Below the pieces are notes generated by a model, which was not told the origin of the DNA, searched no databases, and saw only the letters and a list, made by a program, of their open reading frames with translations. Below, one piece after another: positions 32,346 to 44,896 of a DNA stretch of 64,000 nt (position 1 is its first letter; every line of letters begins with the position of its first letter). The position numbers were made by a program, and so were the translations under genes. Source of the stretch: an uncultured Hormoscilla sp. (GTDB taxonomy: Bacteria > Cyanobacteriota > Cyanobacteriia > Cyanobacteriales > Desertifilaceae). Location: NCBI GenBank assembly GCA_963921275.4, contig OZ001293.3, positions 1,472,001 to 1,536,000 on the forward strand. The letters are read 5' to 3'.

Positions 32346-33822
32346 TCAAGTGGTTTGCTCTTCAATTCTTTCGGGAAAATCTTCTGGCTTTATCACCTCA
32401 TTTATTTGGGAAAATACTCGATAGTTACCTAAATCTGCTAGAGATAGATCGGCTCGATTAGCATTTTTCATTTTGATTAAATTGTATTGCACATTGTCGG
32501 CATAAATTGCCAAGGCGATATTCAATACTTCCATAAAATTTATTACTCATTTGCATTCTGATTCCGGATAATCTTGATAACAATTGAGCAACTCAGCTAT
32601 CTTAGCTTCTAAATGTACTCTGGCTGGCTTACATATTAAAATTATTTTCAGAATTACAATTATAGCAGTTCTCATATTACTGTAATATGTCGGAGATTGC
32701 GTCGGGGGGGGTAACTCTATGAAGGCATAAGTGACTCGCCTTACTCCCCCCCCTCGCTCCGGACAAGTCGGCGATTATTCTATACCACATCAATTTGAGA
32801 AACGCTATACCAGATATAGGGGATTTCCTGGAGAGAGCAGGATAATAAATAAGGGAGAAGGTGCGCGACGATTTTCTGTTGTTAAATATTCGATCGTGCG
32901 ATTACATGTTCGTAGCAGTAAAGCTTTTGTTAATATTTGCTCGTGATGATCGTGATAAAGATTTGCCAATTTTGGAGATATATTTGCTTGTCTCGACAAA
33001 TACGGTATTATCTAACCCAAAAGCTAGATATTCTTGGAAGCTTTGCTTAAATTATTTGTAGCTAATTCCTTGAGTTTGTTGAAGAAAAATATTAGCTAGG
33101 TTTACATAGCTATACTGGCCAGGTCTGGCTAAAATTATTTTAATTAAGCGCAGCACCCCATCCCCCAGTGTCGTCGGGTTTTTGGGGGTATCCTTTCTCG
33201 ACTCAGAACGAGCAGTATACATCGCTAGATCGAATTTGAACTGTTCTTTCAGTTCTAGCGATCGCGTCCTGGCCGCGTTCCTTTGTTCTACTGAGTTGTT
33301 GAAATCGACATAGTTCGGCGCTAATAGATAAGCTGTATAACGCTGACTCTAATCTTTCGACTGATCGCCCGACTGTTCGGATTTAGCACAAAATAGTTTT
33401 AACTCTTGGTATTCTTTGCCGTTGATGAATGTTTTTAGCCAGCTTCTCAGTCGCTTGAGCGTTGGAGAGATGCTATATTTACTAATGATTGGATCTGTAA
33501 AACTTTTCACTAAACCCTGAATTGCTTCGTGCTGTCTGGACTCCTCCCAGTTATTCACTAAGATATAACAGCAACGCTTAATTGTATTAATAAATTCTGA
33601 CTCTAGGTTGACAAGGATAATGTTGTATAGAGCTTGTTGCGCTTCGGTTTGTTTGGAGATCGCGCCCTCATGAATAAATAGCTGCTTAAATTCTGCTAAC
33701 ACTTTTTCGGGAGGCTGCTTTTTGACAATCTCTATAAAAAAGCCATAGATGATTTCCTGAGACTCGGCGATCGGGAGCCTCAACTGACTTGAATTACCAG
33801 ACTTCATCTGCACATCCATCAT
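32346..33822 (-). pseudogene. Conserved cyanobacterial hypothetical protein with several stops, a frameshift and a MITE insertion
   Basis: Reading continues past TAG 33349 (SKD*SQRYTAYLL...FKFDLAMYTARS). NPLYLV|IVILKII is rejoined across 32661-32809. ECK*VINFMEVLN leads into ORF 32346-32534. Confidence 0.78.
32661..32809. mobile_element. IS630/Tc1-type MITE inserted at TA
   Basis: Ends tatagcagttctca / tgagaaacgctata; removal restores the host reading frame. Confidence 0.75.
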
Positions 33823-33990
33823 CGTCAGTTAATCGTTAATTGTTAATTGTTAATTGTCCGGGTTCACCCGCAAGCAAAGCCCAAGTTGCCTTTGTTTATT
33901 TACAAATATGAGATGCACCGGGCCAAACTACTATTGGAGAGAATTATATACCATAACTCTCTCCCTAATTAAAAATCCGATATATGAGAA

Positions 33991-34315
33991 TGGGGGCAGA
34001 GGGACTTGAACCCTCACGACTTTTAAGGCCAACGGATTTTCATCCTCCCGCAGCTTTCGCTACTGCCATCACCGGCTTTGAGAATTGGACCCTCCCTTTA
34101 CCCTCGACTTGACGTTAGGGTAGCTCCCGTCGGGCCTCTGCACCTTCCGATTTTGTCATCATTTGTCACAGGACAACTGTTTCGGCTTGGCTCAGGATTG
34201 CCTTGTCTGTTACCAGATTTAGGTTTCCCTGAATTTGAGAGCTTCCACTTGGCCGATTTCTCCACCAAGGCTCAGTTTTCTAAGTCCGTAGCGTCTACCA
34301 TTCCGCCATGCCCCC
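33991..34315 (-). tRNA. trnL: tRNA-Leu(UAA), intron-containing (exons 34282-34315 and 33991-34040)
   Basis: GGGGGCATGGCGGAATGGTAGACGCTACGGACTT|intron|AAAATCCGTTGGCC...GAGGGTTCAAGTCCCTCTGCCCCCA. Confidence 0.96.
34041..34281 (-). ncRNA. Group I self-splicing intron in the trnL(UAA) anticodon
   Basis: AATTCAGGGAAACCTAAA, GGCAATCCTGAGCCAA and GGTGCAGAGGCCCGACGG core motifs; terminal G; 241 nt, no ORF. Confidence 0.95.
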
Positions 34316-34812
34316 TTAGCATCTCTGCGCTCGTGGTTTATCTACACAACTTTCTCATCCTATCATCGATCCTGGCAAAGTGCAAGGGGATCTGAAAAAA
34401 ATTTTTTTCCTCTATGTGCCGGTACCGTTCTATCTTACCCTGGTGCGGAAATTTTGGGGAGGCAAGGGGTAAAATGGTTGGGATAACTGGCATCTATACT
34501 TTCGCGGGCTATCCCAAGCGATGAAAGGGAAATTGTCATTGCCAGGGGGGAATTCCTGACCGCCATTGTCCGGAACATCACCGGTAGTCCCCCCGGAACG
34601 CGCAGCAGCACGACGCAGGAGTGCTAGCAATCGAGAGCCCAGCGCGTGGAGATTGCTTCGGGGGGGAGTTACTCCTAATACACAAATATCTCTTAATTAT
34701 CCCCCCCTCGCAATGACATTCTTTAACTGCCCCAAAAGCGCAGTTTCTGACCGTTCGGAGTATAACGATCTCTGGTATGATTTTACTTGACATCTGAGGA
34801 TGTTTATGGTAT

Positions 34813-35037
34813 ATGGACGATACTTTGCTGACTTTACTGTTGTATGGGGGAGTGGCTGGAGCTTACCTGCTGGTGGTTCCGTTGCTACTGTTTTTCTACA
34901 TGAAGAGCCGGTGGTACGCATGGAGTTCCATTGAGCGGGGGTTTATGTACTTCCTGGTGTTCTTGTTCTTCCCAGGACTTTTGCTGTTGGCCCCGTTGGT
35001 GAATTTTAGACCCAGACGGCGTCCTATAGAAGGATAA
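34813..35037 (+). CDS. ndhL: NAD(P)H-quinone oxidoreductase subunit L
   Basis: [33 protein letters not shown]. Confidence 0.95.
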   Translation: MDDTLLTLLLYGGVAGAYLLVVPLLLFFYMKSRWYAWSSIERGFMYFLVFLFFPGLLLLAPLVNFRPRRRPIEG

Positions 35038-35057
35038 AGCATTTGGAGCCCAAGATA

Positions 35058-35357
35058 ATGCGACGAATTGATGTGATTGGCATTGGTTTGGCAGTTTTAG
35101 CGGCTGGGGGGATAGTATATTTGCTCTTCCAACTGGCGGGACTGGACAGTGTATCGGCGGGTATCTGGAGTCAGGCGTTGCTGGTGGGTGGGTTGGTACT
35201 CTGGGTGCTGACTTACCTGTTCCGCGTTCTGACTCAGAAGATGACTTACAATCAACAGCTCAAAAATTATGAAACGGCTGTTTTGGAAAAATGCTGGGAA
35301 TCTCTCACGCCCGAAGAACAAGCAAAATTTCAGGCGGAATTTGAACGAGAAAAGTAA
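35058..35357 (+). CDS. DUF3007 family membrane protein
   Basis: [11 protein letters not shown]...TYLFRV...MTY..Q; conserved ndhL-DUF3007-trpA order. Confidence 0.88.
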   Translation: MRRIDVIGIGLAVLAAGGIVYLLFQLAGLDSVSAGIWSQALLVGGLVLWVLTYLFRVLTQKMTYNQQLKNYETAVLEKCWESLTPEEQAKFQAEFEREK

Positions 35358-36148
35358 TGACTTCGATATCGGACTGCTTTGATAATCTGCGATCGCGCCA
35401 TATTCCGGCTCTAATTCCTTTTATAACTGCTGGAGACCCGGATTTAGAAACGACGGCGCAAGCGTTGCAGGTTTTAGACAAGAATGGTGCGGATATAATT
35501 GAGCTGGGAGTTCCTTATTCTGACCCCTTGGCAGATGGACCGACGATCCAGGCGGCGGCTACCAGGGCTTTGGCGAAGGGAACAAAGTTGGAACAGGTGC
35601 TGGAAATGGTGGCACGGGTGAGTCCATCCTTGACTTCCCCCCTGATCCTGTTCACTTATTATAACCCCATTTTGCATCGGGGTATAGAAGATTTCCTCGA
35701 TCGCATTGCTACTGCTGGGGTGCGGGGGTTGGTGGTCCCGGATCTGCCTTTGGAAGAGGCCCGGGTGGTGCTCGAACCTGCTTCTCAAAGGGGTATTGAA
35801 GTGGTTTTGTTGGTAGCACCGACTAGCCCTCAAGATAGAATAGAAACGATCGCCCTTCAGTCTCAAGGCTTTATCTATCTGGTAAGCGTGACGGGGGTGA
35901 CGGGGATGCGATCGCAGTTGGGAACGCGAGTGGAAGATTTACTCGGGCAATTGCGTTCTGTTACTGATAAACCTATTGGCGTGGGTTTTGGCATCTCTAA
36001 ACCCGAACATGCTCGTCAGGTGATAGAATGGGGGGCAGATGCCGCGATCGTTGGTAGCGCGATCGTCAGAATGTTGCACGAACAGGGACTAGAGGCGATC
36101 GGGCATTTTTGCCAGAGTCTCAAAGATGGAATGCTGAACAAGACCTGA
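35357..36148 (+). CDS. trpA: Tryptophan synthase alpha chain
   Basis: [30 protein letters not shown]. Confidence 0.97.
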   Translation: MTSISDCFDNLRSRHIPALIPFITAGDPDLETTAQALQVLDKNGADIIELGVPYSDPLADGPTIQAAATRALAKGTKLEQVLEMVARVSPSLTSPLILFTYYNPILHRGIEDFLDRIATAGVRGLVVPDLPLEEARVVLEPASQRGIEVVLLVAPTSPQDRIETIALQSQGFIYLVSVTGVTGMRSQLGTRVEDLLGQLRSVTDKPIGVGFGISKPEHARQVIEWGADAAIVGSAIVRMLHEQGLEAIGHFCQSLKDGMLNKT

Positions 36149-36322
36149 TATCGGGAACATATTTGGCATTGTCAATCTACTGGTAGGGGTAATGTGAGGG
36201 TAAGTGAGGGTAATCTCTGGCTAAGAAAACCCTCTCTTTTCGGCCCTAACGCGCGTTGCCCCGCCCAAATAAATCAATTCTGGCAAAATTGTAATCCGCG
36301 ATAATATTATCAACTGCGAACC

Positions 36323-37144
36323 ATGAAAATTTTGACACCGACATTAAAAAATCCTATAATTTACCCAGATTCGGATGGTAATCCAAGGGCTGAAAGTGAC
36401 CCAGCACGCGACTATCTAATCTATTGTATATCGGCTTTAAATCTTTACTTTGCCAACAGAGAAGATGTATACGTTTCGGGCAATTTATACATCTACTACA
36501 AGCAGAACGTTGCTGACGCAGTGATAGCCCCGGATGTGTTTGTAGTCTTTGGAATTAGCAATAAAAAGCGTCTCAGTTACAAGATATGGGAAGAAAATGG
36601 CAAAGCACCTGATTGGGTGCTGGAGGTGACATCTGCGACAACCCGCAATAAAGATGAGGAGGAAAAGTCTCAGAAATACGCTCAGATGCAGGTAGGCGAG
36701 TATTTTCAGTATGACCCGACAGGAGATTACTTACAACCTCAGCTCAAAGGTTCTCGTTTGGTTAATGGTAGGTATCAGCCGATCGCACCAGAAAGTAAGC
36801 CAGGTTATGAGCGATCGATCGCCTCAGAGGTGTTGGGGTTAGACCTGCGATTGGTGGCAGGAGAATTGCGGTTTTACGATCCTACCGCTGAGAGAAAGCT
36901 GTTGAGTCACCAGGAGATAGAATTAGCTCGTCAGCGAGCTGAGTTATCTCGACAGGAAGCTGAGCTAGCTCGACAGGAAGCTGAGTTAGCCCGTCAGCAG
37001 GCGGAAGAAGAACGCCTTGCTGAAGCACGAGCACGACGGGAAGCGATTCCTCGGTTATTGGGAATGGGGCTCAATGTCGAGCAAGTTGCTGCTGCTTTGA
37101 ATCTGCCAATATCCGAAGTCCAGCAGTTGGCTGAGTATATCTAA
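36323..37144 (+). CDS. Uma2 family (DUF820) endonuclease
   Basis: IYPDSDG, IAPDVFVV, PDWVLEVTS, EYFQYDP, coiled-coil tail. Confidence 0.9.
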   Translation: MKILTPTLKNPIIYPDSDGNPRAESDPARDYLIYCISALNLYFANREDVYVSGNLYIYYKQNVADAVIAPDVFVVFGISNKKRLSYKIWEENGKAPDWVLEVTSATTRNKDEEEKSQKYAQMQVGEYFQYDPTGDYLQPQLKGSRLVNGRYQPIAPESKPGYERSIASEVLGLDLRLVAGELRFYDPTAERKLLSHQEIELARQRAELSRQEAELARQEAELARQQAEEERLAEARARREAIPRLLGMGLNVEQVAAALNLPISEVQQLAEYI

Positions 37145-37160
37145 TCTCAATGTAAGATTA

Positions 37161-37193
37161 AGAAACCAGGTTTTTGGGAAAAACCTGGTTTCT
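37161..37193. terminator. Hairpin repeat downstream of Uma2 (related copy near 51533-51564)
   Basis: agaaaccaggttttt-ggg-aaaaacctggtttct. Confidence 0.5.
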
Positions 37194-37346
37194 GGGCTAC
37201 TGGAGAATAGGTCCACAACAAAAGTGAGATCCTCCCGGCTGAGTAATGATACAATTTAACAATGTAACACAGACTATTACTGGACAGACGCTCTAGATAT
37301 GATATCATAGTTATGGTCTTAATTGATTCGGTGAGGGAGCGAGGAA

Positions 37347-37919
37347 ATGAAATGCAAGTTATTCACGCAAATGCTGACTGGGTTGATGGCCTTAACCTTA
37401 GGGACCACCGCCGCCACAGAACCGGGTGCGGCCCAAAGCAACAATAAGTTCTACTGCGATCGCAGTGAGGGGGCACCAGCAACGATCGTGCGCACGAGCA
37501 AGGGAAATGTGCCAATAATTATCTGGGTAGACCGTAGTTTCGAGGCTTCGGGATGGAGTCCTCAGCGCCGCTGTCGGAAAGTTTCTGGCAGATTTCAACG
37601 CTATCACTCTCAAGGCATTCTGGAATACATTAGAACTGGAACAGTAAATCGCCATCCTGTATTGTGCGTTACCAATTACCAAGGGGGTGTTTGCCCTAGC
37701 ACTCAGGTGCTAATTACTCTCAAACCTGGGAGTAACGCACAGTTTTATTTGGAATCTCTGATCGCTATTCGGAATGGGAGTGGGGCACGTCTTCGCCTGA
37801 ACGAAGGCCATGTATTCTCTTACGATCGGAATCGCGAACTCTACGTGGATGTGGAAGAATGGCTAAAGGAACTTTCGGTTGAGGAGGAAAACTCTCAAAA
37901 CTCTGAGAGTCTGTGGTAA
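37347..37919 (+). CDS. COP23 domain protein (secreted)
   Basis: Signal peptide, FYC, SGWSPQRRC..VSGRFQ, VLCV, LITL. Confidence 0.85.
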   Translation: MKCKLFTQMLTGLMALTLGTTAATEPGAAQSNNKFYCDRSEGAPATIVRTSKGNVPIIIWVDRSFEASGWSPQRRCRKVSGRFQRYHSQGILEYIRTGTVNRHPVLCVTNYQGGVCPSTQVLITLKPGSNAQFYLESLIAIRNGSGARLRLNEGHVFSYDRNRELYVDVEEWLKELSVEEENSQNSESLW

Positions 37920-37984
37920 GCGGGTGCTTCCCGACGGGAGCGGCCAATATGTGATTGCGAGGGGAGAGCAGAGAGGTTTTGGAC

Positions 37985-38521
37985 ATGAATTTTCGGGTAA
38001 GGAACCTCACTGGTCATTCCTACGATGTTAATAGCGTCGCCATTAGTCCCGATGGGCAGTTGTTAGCCAGTGGCAGTGATGACAAAACCATCAAGATTTG
38101 GAATCTGGGAAGCGGCAGGTTGCTGCGTACCCTCACTGGTCATTCCGACTTGGTTTGGAGCGTGGCCATTAGTCCCGATGGGCAGTTGTTAGCCAGTGGC
38201 AATTCCGACAAGACGATCAAGATTTGGAATCTGGGAAGCGGCAGGTTACTGCGTACCCTCACTGGTCATTCCGACCCGGTTAATAGCGTCGCCTTTAGTC
38301 CCGATGGGCAGTTGTTAGCCAGTGGCAGTGGTGGCATATTCACCTTCTCCGACAACGACAATACGATCAAAATTTGGCATCTGGATAGCGGCAGGTTAGT
38401 ACGTACCCTCACTGGTCATTCCCAGGATGTTGAGAGCGTCGCCTTTAGTCCCGATGGGCAGACAATTGCCAGTGGCAGTTATGACAAGACGATCAAGATT
38501 TGGAGGGGGCAGGGGCGGTGA
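37985..38521 (+). CDS. Short WD40-repeat protein (4 repeats), probably an internally deleted remnant
   Basis: Four LTGHS..V.SVA[I/F]SPDG..LASG..D.TIKIW repeats directly after MNFRVRN. Confidence 0.7.
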   Translation: MNFRVRNLTGHSYDVNSVAISPDGQLLASGSDDKTIKIWNLGSGRLLRTLTGHSDLVWSVAISPDGQLLASGNSDKTIKIWNLGSGRLLRTLTGHSDPVNSVAFSPDGQLLASGSGGIFTFSDNDNTIKIWHLDSGRLVRTLTGHSQDVESVAFSPDGQTIASGSYDKTIKIWRGQGR

Positions 38522-39022
38522 GAGGGAAGGGGGCGGAGTCCGATGGATTTTCTAACCTCGCAAGGTTGCGAGGCACGAAGCAATCTGCCGCTGCGCTAAC
38601 GGGGGGGATCCTTAGCTGTGATTCCTAAAATCTCGGTTTTGGTTTCCCCCTCGCTCCGGACAGGTTATTAACCGAGAGGTATTGCCTCTACTCCTACTTC
38701 ACTCATACTTTCTTCTCCTGTTCGGACTATCATCTCTTGGTATTCCTACAACTTGACTCATTATATTCCATCCTCTCTCAGATGGCAACCTTTAGGAGCG
38801 ATCGCCCCCTAATCTCAACTCCCAATTATTCATCATCCTGTCCGTTTTGTTACCTATCAAGTTACATGAAGGTTGGGTTTCGTTCCTCTACCCAACCTAC
38901 GCGATCGCATTTTTAATTATCATCATTTAACCGTAATTATTATAATTCATCAACCGTTATATGGTAATGTTTTTGTCGTTTTTTAACCTACTTTAGCCTC
39001 GTTACCTGGATCCCGGTAACGC

Positions 39023-39110
39023 GGGGGTTTAAACGGGGGTTTAAACGGGGGTTTAAACGGGGGTTTAAACGGGGGTTTAAACGGGGGTTTAAACGGGGGT
39101 TTAAACCCCC
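39023..39110. repeat. 12-bp tandem repeat GGGGGTTTAAAC x7 ending in the palindrome GGGGGTTTAAACCCCC
   Basis: Read directly, just downstream of asnS. Confidence 0.92.
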
Positions 39111-39126
39111 GGCGGGTTGACGGTAC

Positions 39127-40515
39127 TTAAAATTCCACACTCAAAGGGGCACGGGGGAAAGGAATCACATCTCGAATATTACTCATTCCCGTCATCAACT
39201 GCACCAAGCGTTCAAACCCCAAACCAAACCCTGCATGAGGAACTGTTCCAAAGCGACGTAAGTCCAGATACCACCATAACTCTTCCGTACTCATTCCCTG
39301 AGCTTCGATCCGTCCCTCCAGCACCTCCAAACGTTCTTCCCGCTGCGCGCCCCCAATGATTTCCCCAATATTCGGAGCCAAAACATCCATCGCTGCCACT
39401 GTCTTTTCATCATCGTTCAAGCGCATGTAAAATGCTTTGATCTCTACTGGGTAGTCAGTGACGATCGCCGGCTTTTTGAACAGGTCTTCTGCCAAATAGC
39501 GCTCGTGTTCTGACTGGAGATCCACACCCCAGCGGACCGGATACTCAAACTTCTTGTCCGCTTTCTCCAAGAGGACGATCGCATCAGTATAGGTCAGCCG
39601 TGCAAATTCATTATTGATAATATTATCAGCCCTGGCCAGCACAGCATCATCAATCCGCTGATTGAAGAACTCCATATCCTCCGGACAACGATCCAGCACG
39701 TACTCAAACACATACTTGAGGAAATCTTCAGCCAACTGCATATTCCCTTCTAGGTCGCAAAAGGCCATTTCTGGCTCAATCATCCAAAACTCGGCCAAAT
39801 GGCGGGAAGTGTTGGAATTCTCGGCCCGAAAAGTCGGACCAAAGGTATAGACATCCCGGAAGGCCATCGCCATAATTTCCGCTTCCAACTGTCCGCTAAC
39901 AGTCAAATAGGCGGGTTTGCCAAAAAAGTCCTGACTGTAATCAACCTCTCGATCGTCTGTCAGGGGCACGTCCTGCAAATTAAAATTAGTGATCGTAAAT
40001 AACTCCCCCGCCCCTTCACAATCACTAGCAGTGATAATGGGGGTGTGAACCCAGAGGAAACCCCGTTCTTGAAAGAATTGGTGGATAGCAGCAGCAGTAG
40101 CATTCCGCACCCGGAAAACTGCCCCCAAGGTATTCGTGCGCGATCGCAAATGCCCGATCGTGCGCAAAAACTCAAAAGAATGGCGCTTCTTCTGCAAAGG
40201 ATAGGACTCGGAAGCAACGCCTAAAACCGTCACCGCAGTGGCCTTCAACTCAATGCGCTGTCCCTTACCCGGAGACTCCACCAGAGTGCCACTCACCTCC
40301 ACAGAGGCCCCCGTATTCACCTGTTTGAGCAGATCCTCATAATTAGGCAAATCTGCATTCAGCACCACTTGCAGGTTAGCTAAGAACGAGCCATCATTCA
40401 CCTCAATAAAAGCAAAACCCTTAGATGAGCGCTTCGTGCGTACCCAGCCCTTAATCGTCACCGGTTCTGAGGGCTGACCCTGCCGTAAAATTTCCGCAAT
40501 CCGTCGAGTTACCAT
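39127..40515 (-). CDS. asnS: Asparagine--tRNA ligase
   Basis: [36 protein letters not shown]. Confidence 0.97.
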   Translation of the reverse strand: MVTRRIAEILRQGQPSEPVTIKGWVRTKRSSKGFAFIEVNDGSFLANLQVVLNADLPNYEDLLKQVNTGASVEVSGTLVESPGKGQRIELKATAVTVLGVASESYPLQKKRHSFEFLRTIGHLRSRTNTLGAVFRVRNATAAAIHQFFQERGFLWVHTPIITASDCEGAGELFTITNFNLQDVPLTDDREVDYSQDFFGKPAYLTVSGQLEAEIMAMAFRDVYTFGPTFRAENSNTSRHLAEFWMIEPEMAFCDLEGNMQLAEDFLKYVFEYVLDRCPEDMEFFNQRIDDAVLARADNIINNEFARLTYTDAIVLLEKADKKFEYPVRWGVDLQSEHERYLAEDLFKKPAIVTDYPVEIKAFYMRLNDDEKTVAAMDVLAPNIGEIIGGAQREERLEVLEGRIEAQGMSTEELWWYLDLRRFGTVPHAGFGLGFERLVQLMTGMSNIRDVIPFPRAPLSVEF

Positions 40516-40533
40516 ATTTCCATTCCCAACAAT

Positions 40534-40872
40534 TCATCGTCCGATCCACCAGTGTAATATCCAGCCGAGGACAAGACCCAAGCCCCCAAACCGCACCGCC
40601 TGCCAAAAAGGTTCCTGGAGGCGGATCCAGGAAAACAAACGACTTTCCAACTCCACTTCCAGAACCTCCAACTGCTGTTTGACCTCCCGTAATTCCTGCT
40701 GCAACTCCTCCAAGCGCCGCTTCAGGGCCCCCTGTCGCCCTTGGCCCTGGCGCACTTGGCGGTACCGTTCCCTCAGATCTCCCAGCTCTCGCTCGGCATC
40801 AGCGAGAGCTTCTTCAAATTCCTGGTTAGGATCTAGTGGAGAGGATCCAGACGGTTCTTCTGATGACTGCAT
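40534..40872 (-). CDS. Conserved coiled-coil protein with C-terminal TM segment
   Basis: LESRLFSW...EPFWQAVRFGGLG. The upstream part of the ORF-track call lies in IS sequence. Confidence 0.75.
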   Translation of the reverse strand: MQSSEEPSGSSPLDPNQEFEEALADAERELGDLRERYRQVRQGQGRQGALKRRLEELQQELREVKQQLEVLEVELESRLFSWIRLQEPFWQAVRFGGLGLVLGWILHWWIGR

Positions 40873-40892
40873 GAGCAAGATAGAGTAATATA

Positions 40893-42358
40893 ACTTAAGT
40901 TGCGACCTATAAAAATTGAACACAAAAAGCTATGATAAAGAGAATTAATTTTAACTCGAACCCTTTGGATGTAACAGCAGGACTTAGGAAACAAATTAGT
41001 TATTCGACTAAAGCATGTTTCTACTTGTTTTCTAGTTACGTTCTGTACATATTCAACCCGCGTTCTTTTTACGCCAAGGTTTGAACATTATATTCATTGA
41101 CTCGTAAATCTTCTAATTGATAATTGTTATAAATTTTGTCTCCATAAACTTTTGATGGCAAATCAAAGCAATTGGAGAATTTTCGCATCATTACAACTAC
41201 CAGGAGCAAAATAAAATTCTATTGGGTACATCTCAGTTAGGCGATGAGTAATTATACTTAGTGCTTGTCTCCCTCAAAACGGTACATAATTTAGGCACTG
41301 TTGACCACCCTTGACCCATGAACTCCCAAAAGCAGGCTGAACTCCAGCAACATCTTGACGCGATTGCCGCGATTCTCTACCAGGAAGCCGACCCCACTGA
41401 ACTCACCACCCTTGAAGGCATTGAGAAAAACGTTCGTGCGCTTGCCCAAGAACACGTCTGGCCTCAACTAGGAATTTTTTTATCAACACGGCGACTTCCC
41501 GCCGCACCGGAAAACAGCGCTCTGGTCGGGTTGAGTCCCTGGTGAAACAAATTGGGTTAAGGGTGAAATTACCGGGGGCACAATGGCGAGCCGAGAATGT
41601 GCCGATTTTTCGGGCCGTCCGCGGACCGTAGGTGTTGAAGCATCGCTGTGCCTACCTGAATGGCGCATTAGTTGCCTAATCAGACTCAGTAAATCCACTT
41701 GTGCTGAGTAAATATACTCATCGCCTAACTGAGATGCACCCATTCTATTGGTTTACCAGTTTTGTTGACTAACATATGAACTCTCAATAAAAATAACGTT
41801 TTTTGCTGGCGATATATCCTCTATATTCTTTTTCTGTATAAATTTTACATCGATCGTGTTGTCACATCCTGGCACAGGGAAACTATCGATAATATATTCT
41901 TGACCCGGATTTAGCGAATGATTGAGCCATTGCTTGAAATAAACTCCCATACAATTGTTTCATCAATCTTATGTTTTCGACGATTAAACCTACTTTTACT
42001 TAACAGATTTTTGATCTAGTTATGTTCTGCCATAAATTGACGAGCTCTATCGCCCTCCCAAAAAATAAGCAGCAACTAATCCTACTGTCATCACCTCCGC
42101 ATTATTCATTTTTACTTGTGGATCTTCTTTGATATTGAGTGCTTTTAGCAGTTCATCGCCAAGAACAAAAATTGTTATAATCATATTTTCCATAATCTAC
42201 CGCAATCAACTGTTATTTTAGTACATTATAACCTATAAACATGGATGGCTACTGATAGCATAAAAATAATATATTTCTGTATCCTACCATCCTACCAAAA
42301 ATATCGGAAATCTCTAAGTGGGTAATCCATTTTTTTTTTAATAGGTAGCAACTTGAGT
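40893..42358 (-). mobile_element. Degenerate IS982-family copy carrying a nested ISKra4 derivative
   Basis: TIRs acttaagttgcgacct / aggtagcaacttgagt; TAATATA duplication (40886-40892, 42359-42365); transposase broken by frameshifts. Confidence 0.88.
41224..41741 (+). mobile_element. Internally deleted ISKra4-family element (518 bp)
   Basis: 27-bp TIR ggg(t)[a/g]catctcagttaggcgatgagta; 8-bp TSD attctatt; ORF 41318 (AIAAILYQE...LEGIEKNVR...GIFLS) resembles the cyanobacterial ISKra4 transposase N-terminus. Confidence 0.82.
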
Positions 42359-42729
42359 TAATATATAGAAGCAAACAAATCTATCGGCTATTAAACCAAC
42401 AATTTTACCTGGCACTAGGAGTTGCGACTAAATGCCCAAAAACTTACACATCTCTCATATTTGGGGGAATTATCTCCTGCGAGCGAGCCATAAGGCGGTA
42501 TCAAAATCATCTCGCTCGTTCCGTATTATTAAGCCTAGCAGACGCTCGTCTTACTTGAGAGCGGCAAATGAGCGCAAGTCCACTTGCTTTTTGTGAGGCA
42601 AGTCCACTAAGCTAGAAAAAAGCAGTGGATGGCTAGCCCTGGCTGCTAACTATACGCGCTCGCTGGCGTTACGCCACGAGCGGGAGCTAGCTGCGGCCTT
42701 CCGTGTCGAAAGATGCGGATGTTATACTA

Positions 42730-43563
<834 letters not shown>

Positions 43564-43607
43564 TGCACCTATCTAGTTGTTAGATTAGTGAGGGTTAAAC
43601 GCAGCAC

Positions 43608-43913
43608 ATGCTCAACCAGACCGCAACAACTCCCGAGAGTCCCCAAATCAATTCCGGCACCAAAGCCAGTCAGCAACTGAGTACCATTGAACTCGCCCAA
43701 GCTCTGGCCCAGCGGCTGACCATCACACCGGACAAATGGCACCGGCTCAAGTCTAACCGTCCAGCTCGGGCCAGGGAGCAAGCAGCCGCAGCCCTGGTAT
43801 TTCTCCTTAAGGATCGACCCGAGGAAGCTCTTGCTAGACTCCAACAAGCAACCGGTTGGCTAGACCACTCAGTCTCAGCACCACCTTGTCCTGGCCACGG
43901 ATCGAGTAAATAG
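43608..43913 (+). CDS. DUF6439-like conserved cyanobacterial protein
   Basis: ELAQALAQRL.I...WHRLK.NR..RA.EQ, GWLD.S.SAPPCP.HG; usual neighbour of pmgA. Confidence 0.78.
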   Translation: MLNQTATTPESPQINSGTKASQQLSTIELAQALAQRLTITPDKWHRLKSNRPARAREQAAAALVFLLKDRPEEALARLQQATGWLDHSVSAPPCPGHGSSK

Positions 43914-44006
43914 TTAGTTGCTCCGGACGGGCGGATAGCCTGTCCGGAGCTTGTCAATTGACTATAGTCAATTGACAATTGTCAGCTGATTTAAGTAATA
44001 ATAAAA

Positions 44007-44438
44007 TCAGCAATCTATCAATTGCTTGCAGAGTTTCAACTCCCTGCCTTCATTATCCCACTGCACCCGATCGAATATTTGGTGTATAATAAAAATTCCC
44101 CGACCGCATTCAGAATCGTGCTCGGGGAGTAAGTTGACAGTCTCCGGTTCAAAAAAACAATCAGTCTGATGTCCACAACCCTGGTCTGAGATTACCCACC
44201 AATAGTGATTTCCCACCACTCTGAAGCGAACCGAGACCTTTTTACTGGAGTCAAGTTTGTTCCCATGCTTAGCTGCATTGACCAAAGCTTCTTGTAGTCC
44301 CAGTCGGAGTTCCGAGTGCCATTGGTCTGGAACTTTTGCTAATAACAAATCCAGGACAGGACAAAGATAGAGAGTTGAGGGAAAACTAATCGTGCTCCAT
44401 TTGCTGCGCCCTACGGAACGCTCTGAGATAGCAATCAC
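44007..44438 (-). CDS. pmgA: Anti-sigma-factor-like HATPase_c protein PmgA
   Basis: SFPSTLYLCPVLDLLL, LGLQEALVNAAKHGN, DQG, GRG. Confidence 0.82.
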   Translation of the reverse strand: MIAISERSVGRSKWSTISFPSTLYLCPVLDLLLAKVPDQWHSELRLGLQEALVNAAKHGNKLDSSKKVSVRFRVVGNHYWWVISDQGCGHQTDCFFEPETVNLLPEHDSECGRGIFIIHQIFDRVQWDNEGRELKLCKQLIDC

Positions 44439-44896
44439 GGCTGAAAAAACCCTTAGCTTTTAATAGGATAGACAGAAGTAGGCATAACCTGGAAATAGAT
44501 TTATTCATGGTCATGCTGTACTGAAACTTGGGTCAGTTAACCAAATTATTGATAACCTGATGGATAAGTTGCTAGAACAGATTTTTAGCTTCACAGGATT
44601 TTCACAAAATCCTTACTTCATCGAGCTATAAATCTGTAACCTACTGCCCACTAATTTACATTATATCCAAAAAATTGCTTCATTACACACCTGAGTGAGA
44701 ATACCATGCCCCCAACTGGCATGGTATTCCCACTAGACCCATCGGACTGCTATACTAGAGATCCCGCTGCTGTATCACTTGACAAGCATGAGATCCTATA
44801 CGCTAAACTAGCCTACAAAACAAAAAATACATAATTCAAGAAAAATAGTTACAATTAAATAGCCTTATATTACCCAGTCGGTTTTAACCGACTTTA

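Noticed and set aside
33900..34000. tRNA-Leu as an integration site for a genomic island
   Set aside because: No integrase and no duplicated tRNA 3' end seen in the window.
34078..34395. 105-aa ORF
   Set aside because: Antisense to the tRNA-Leu gene and its group I intron.
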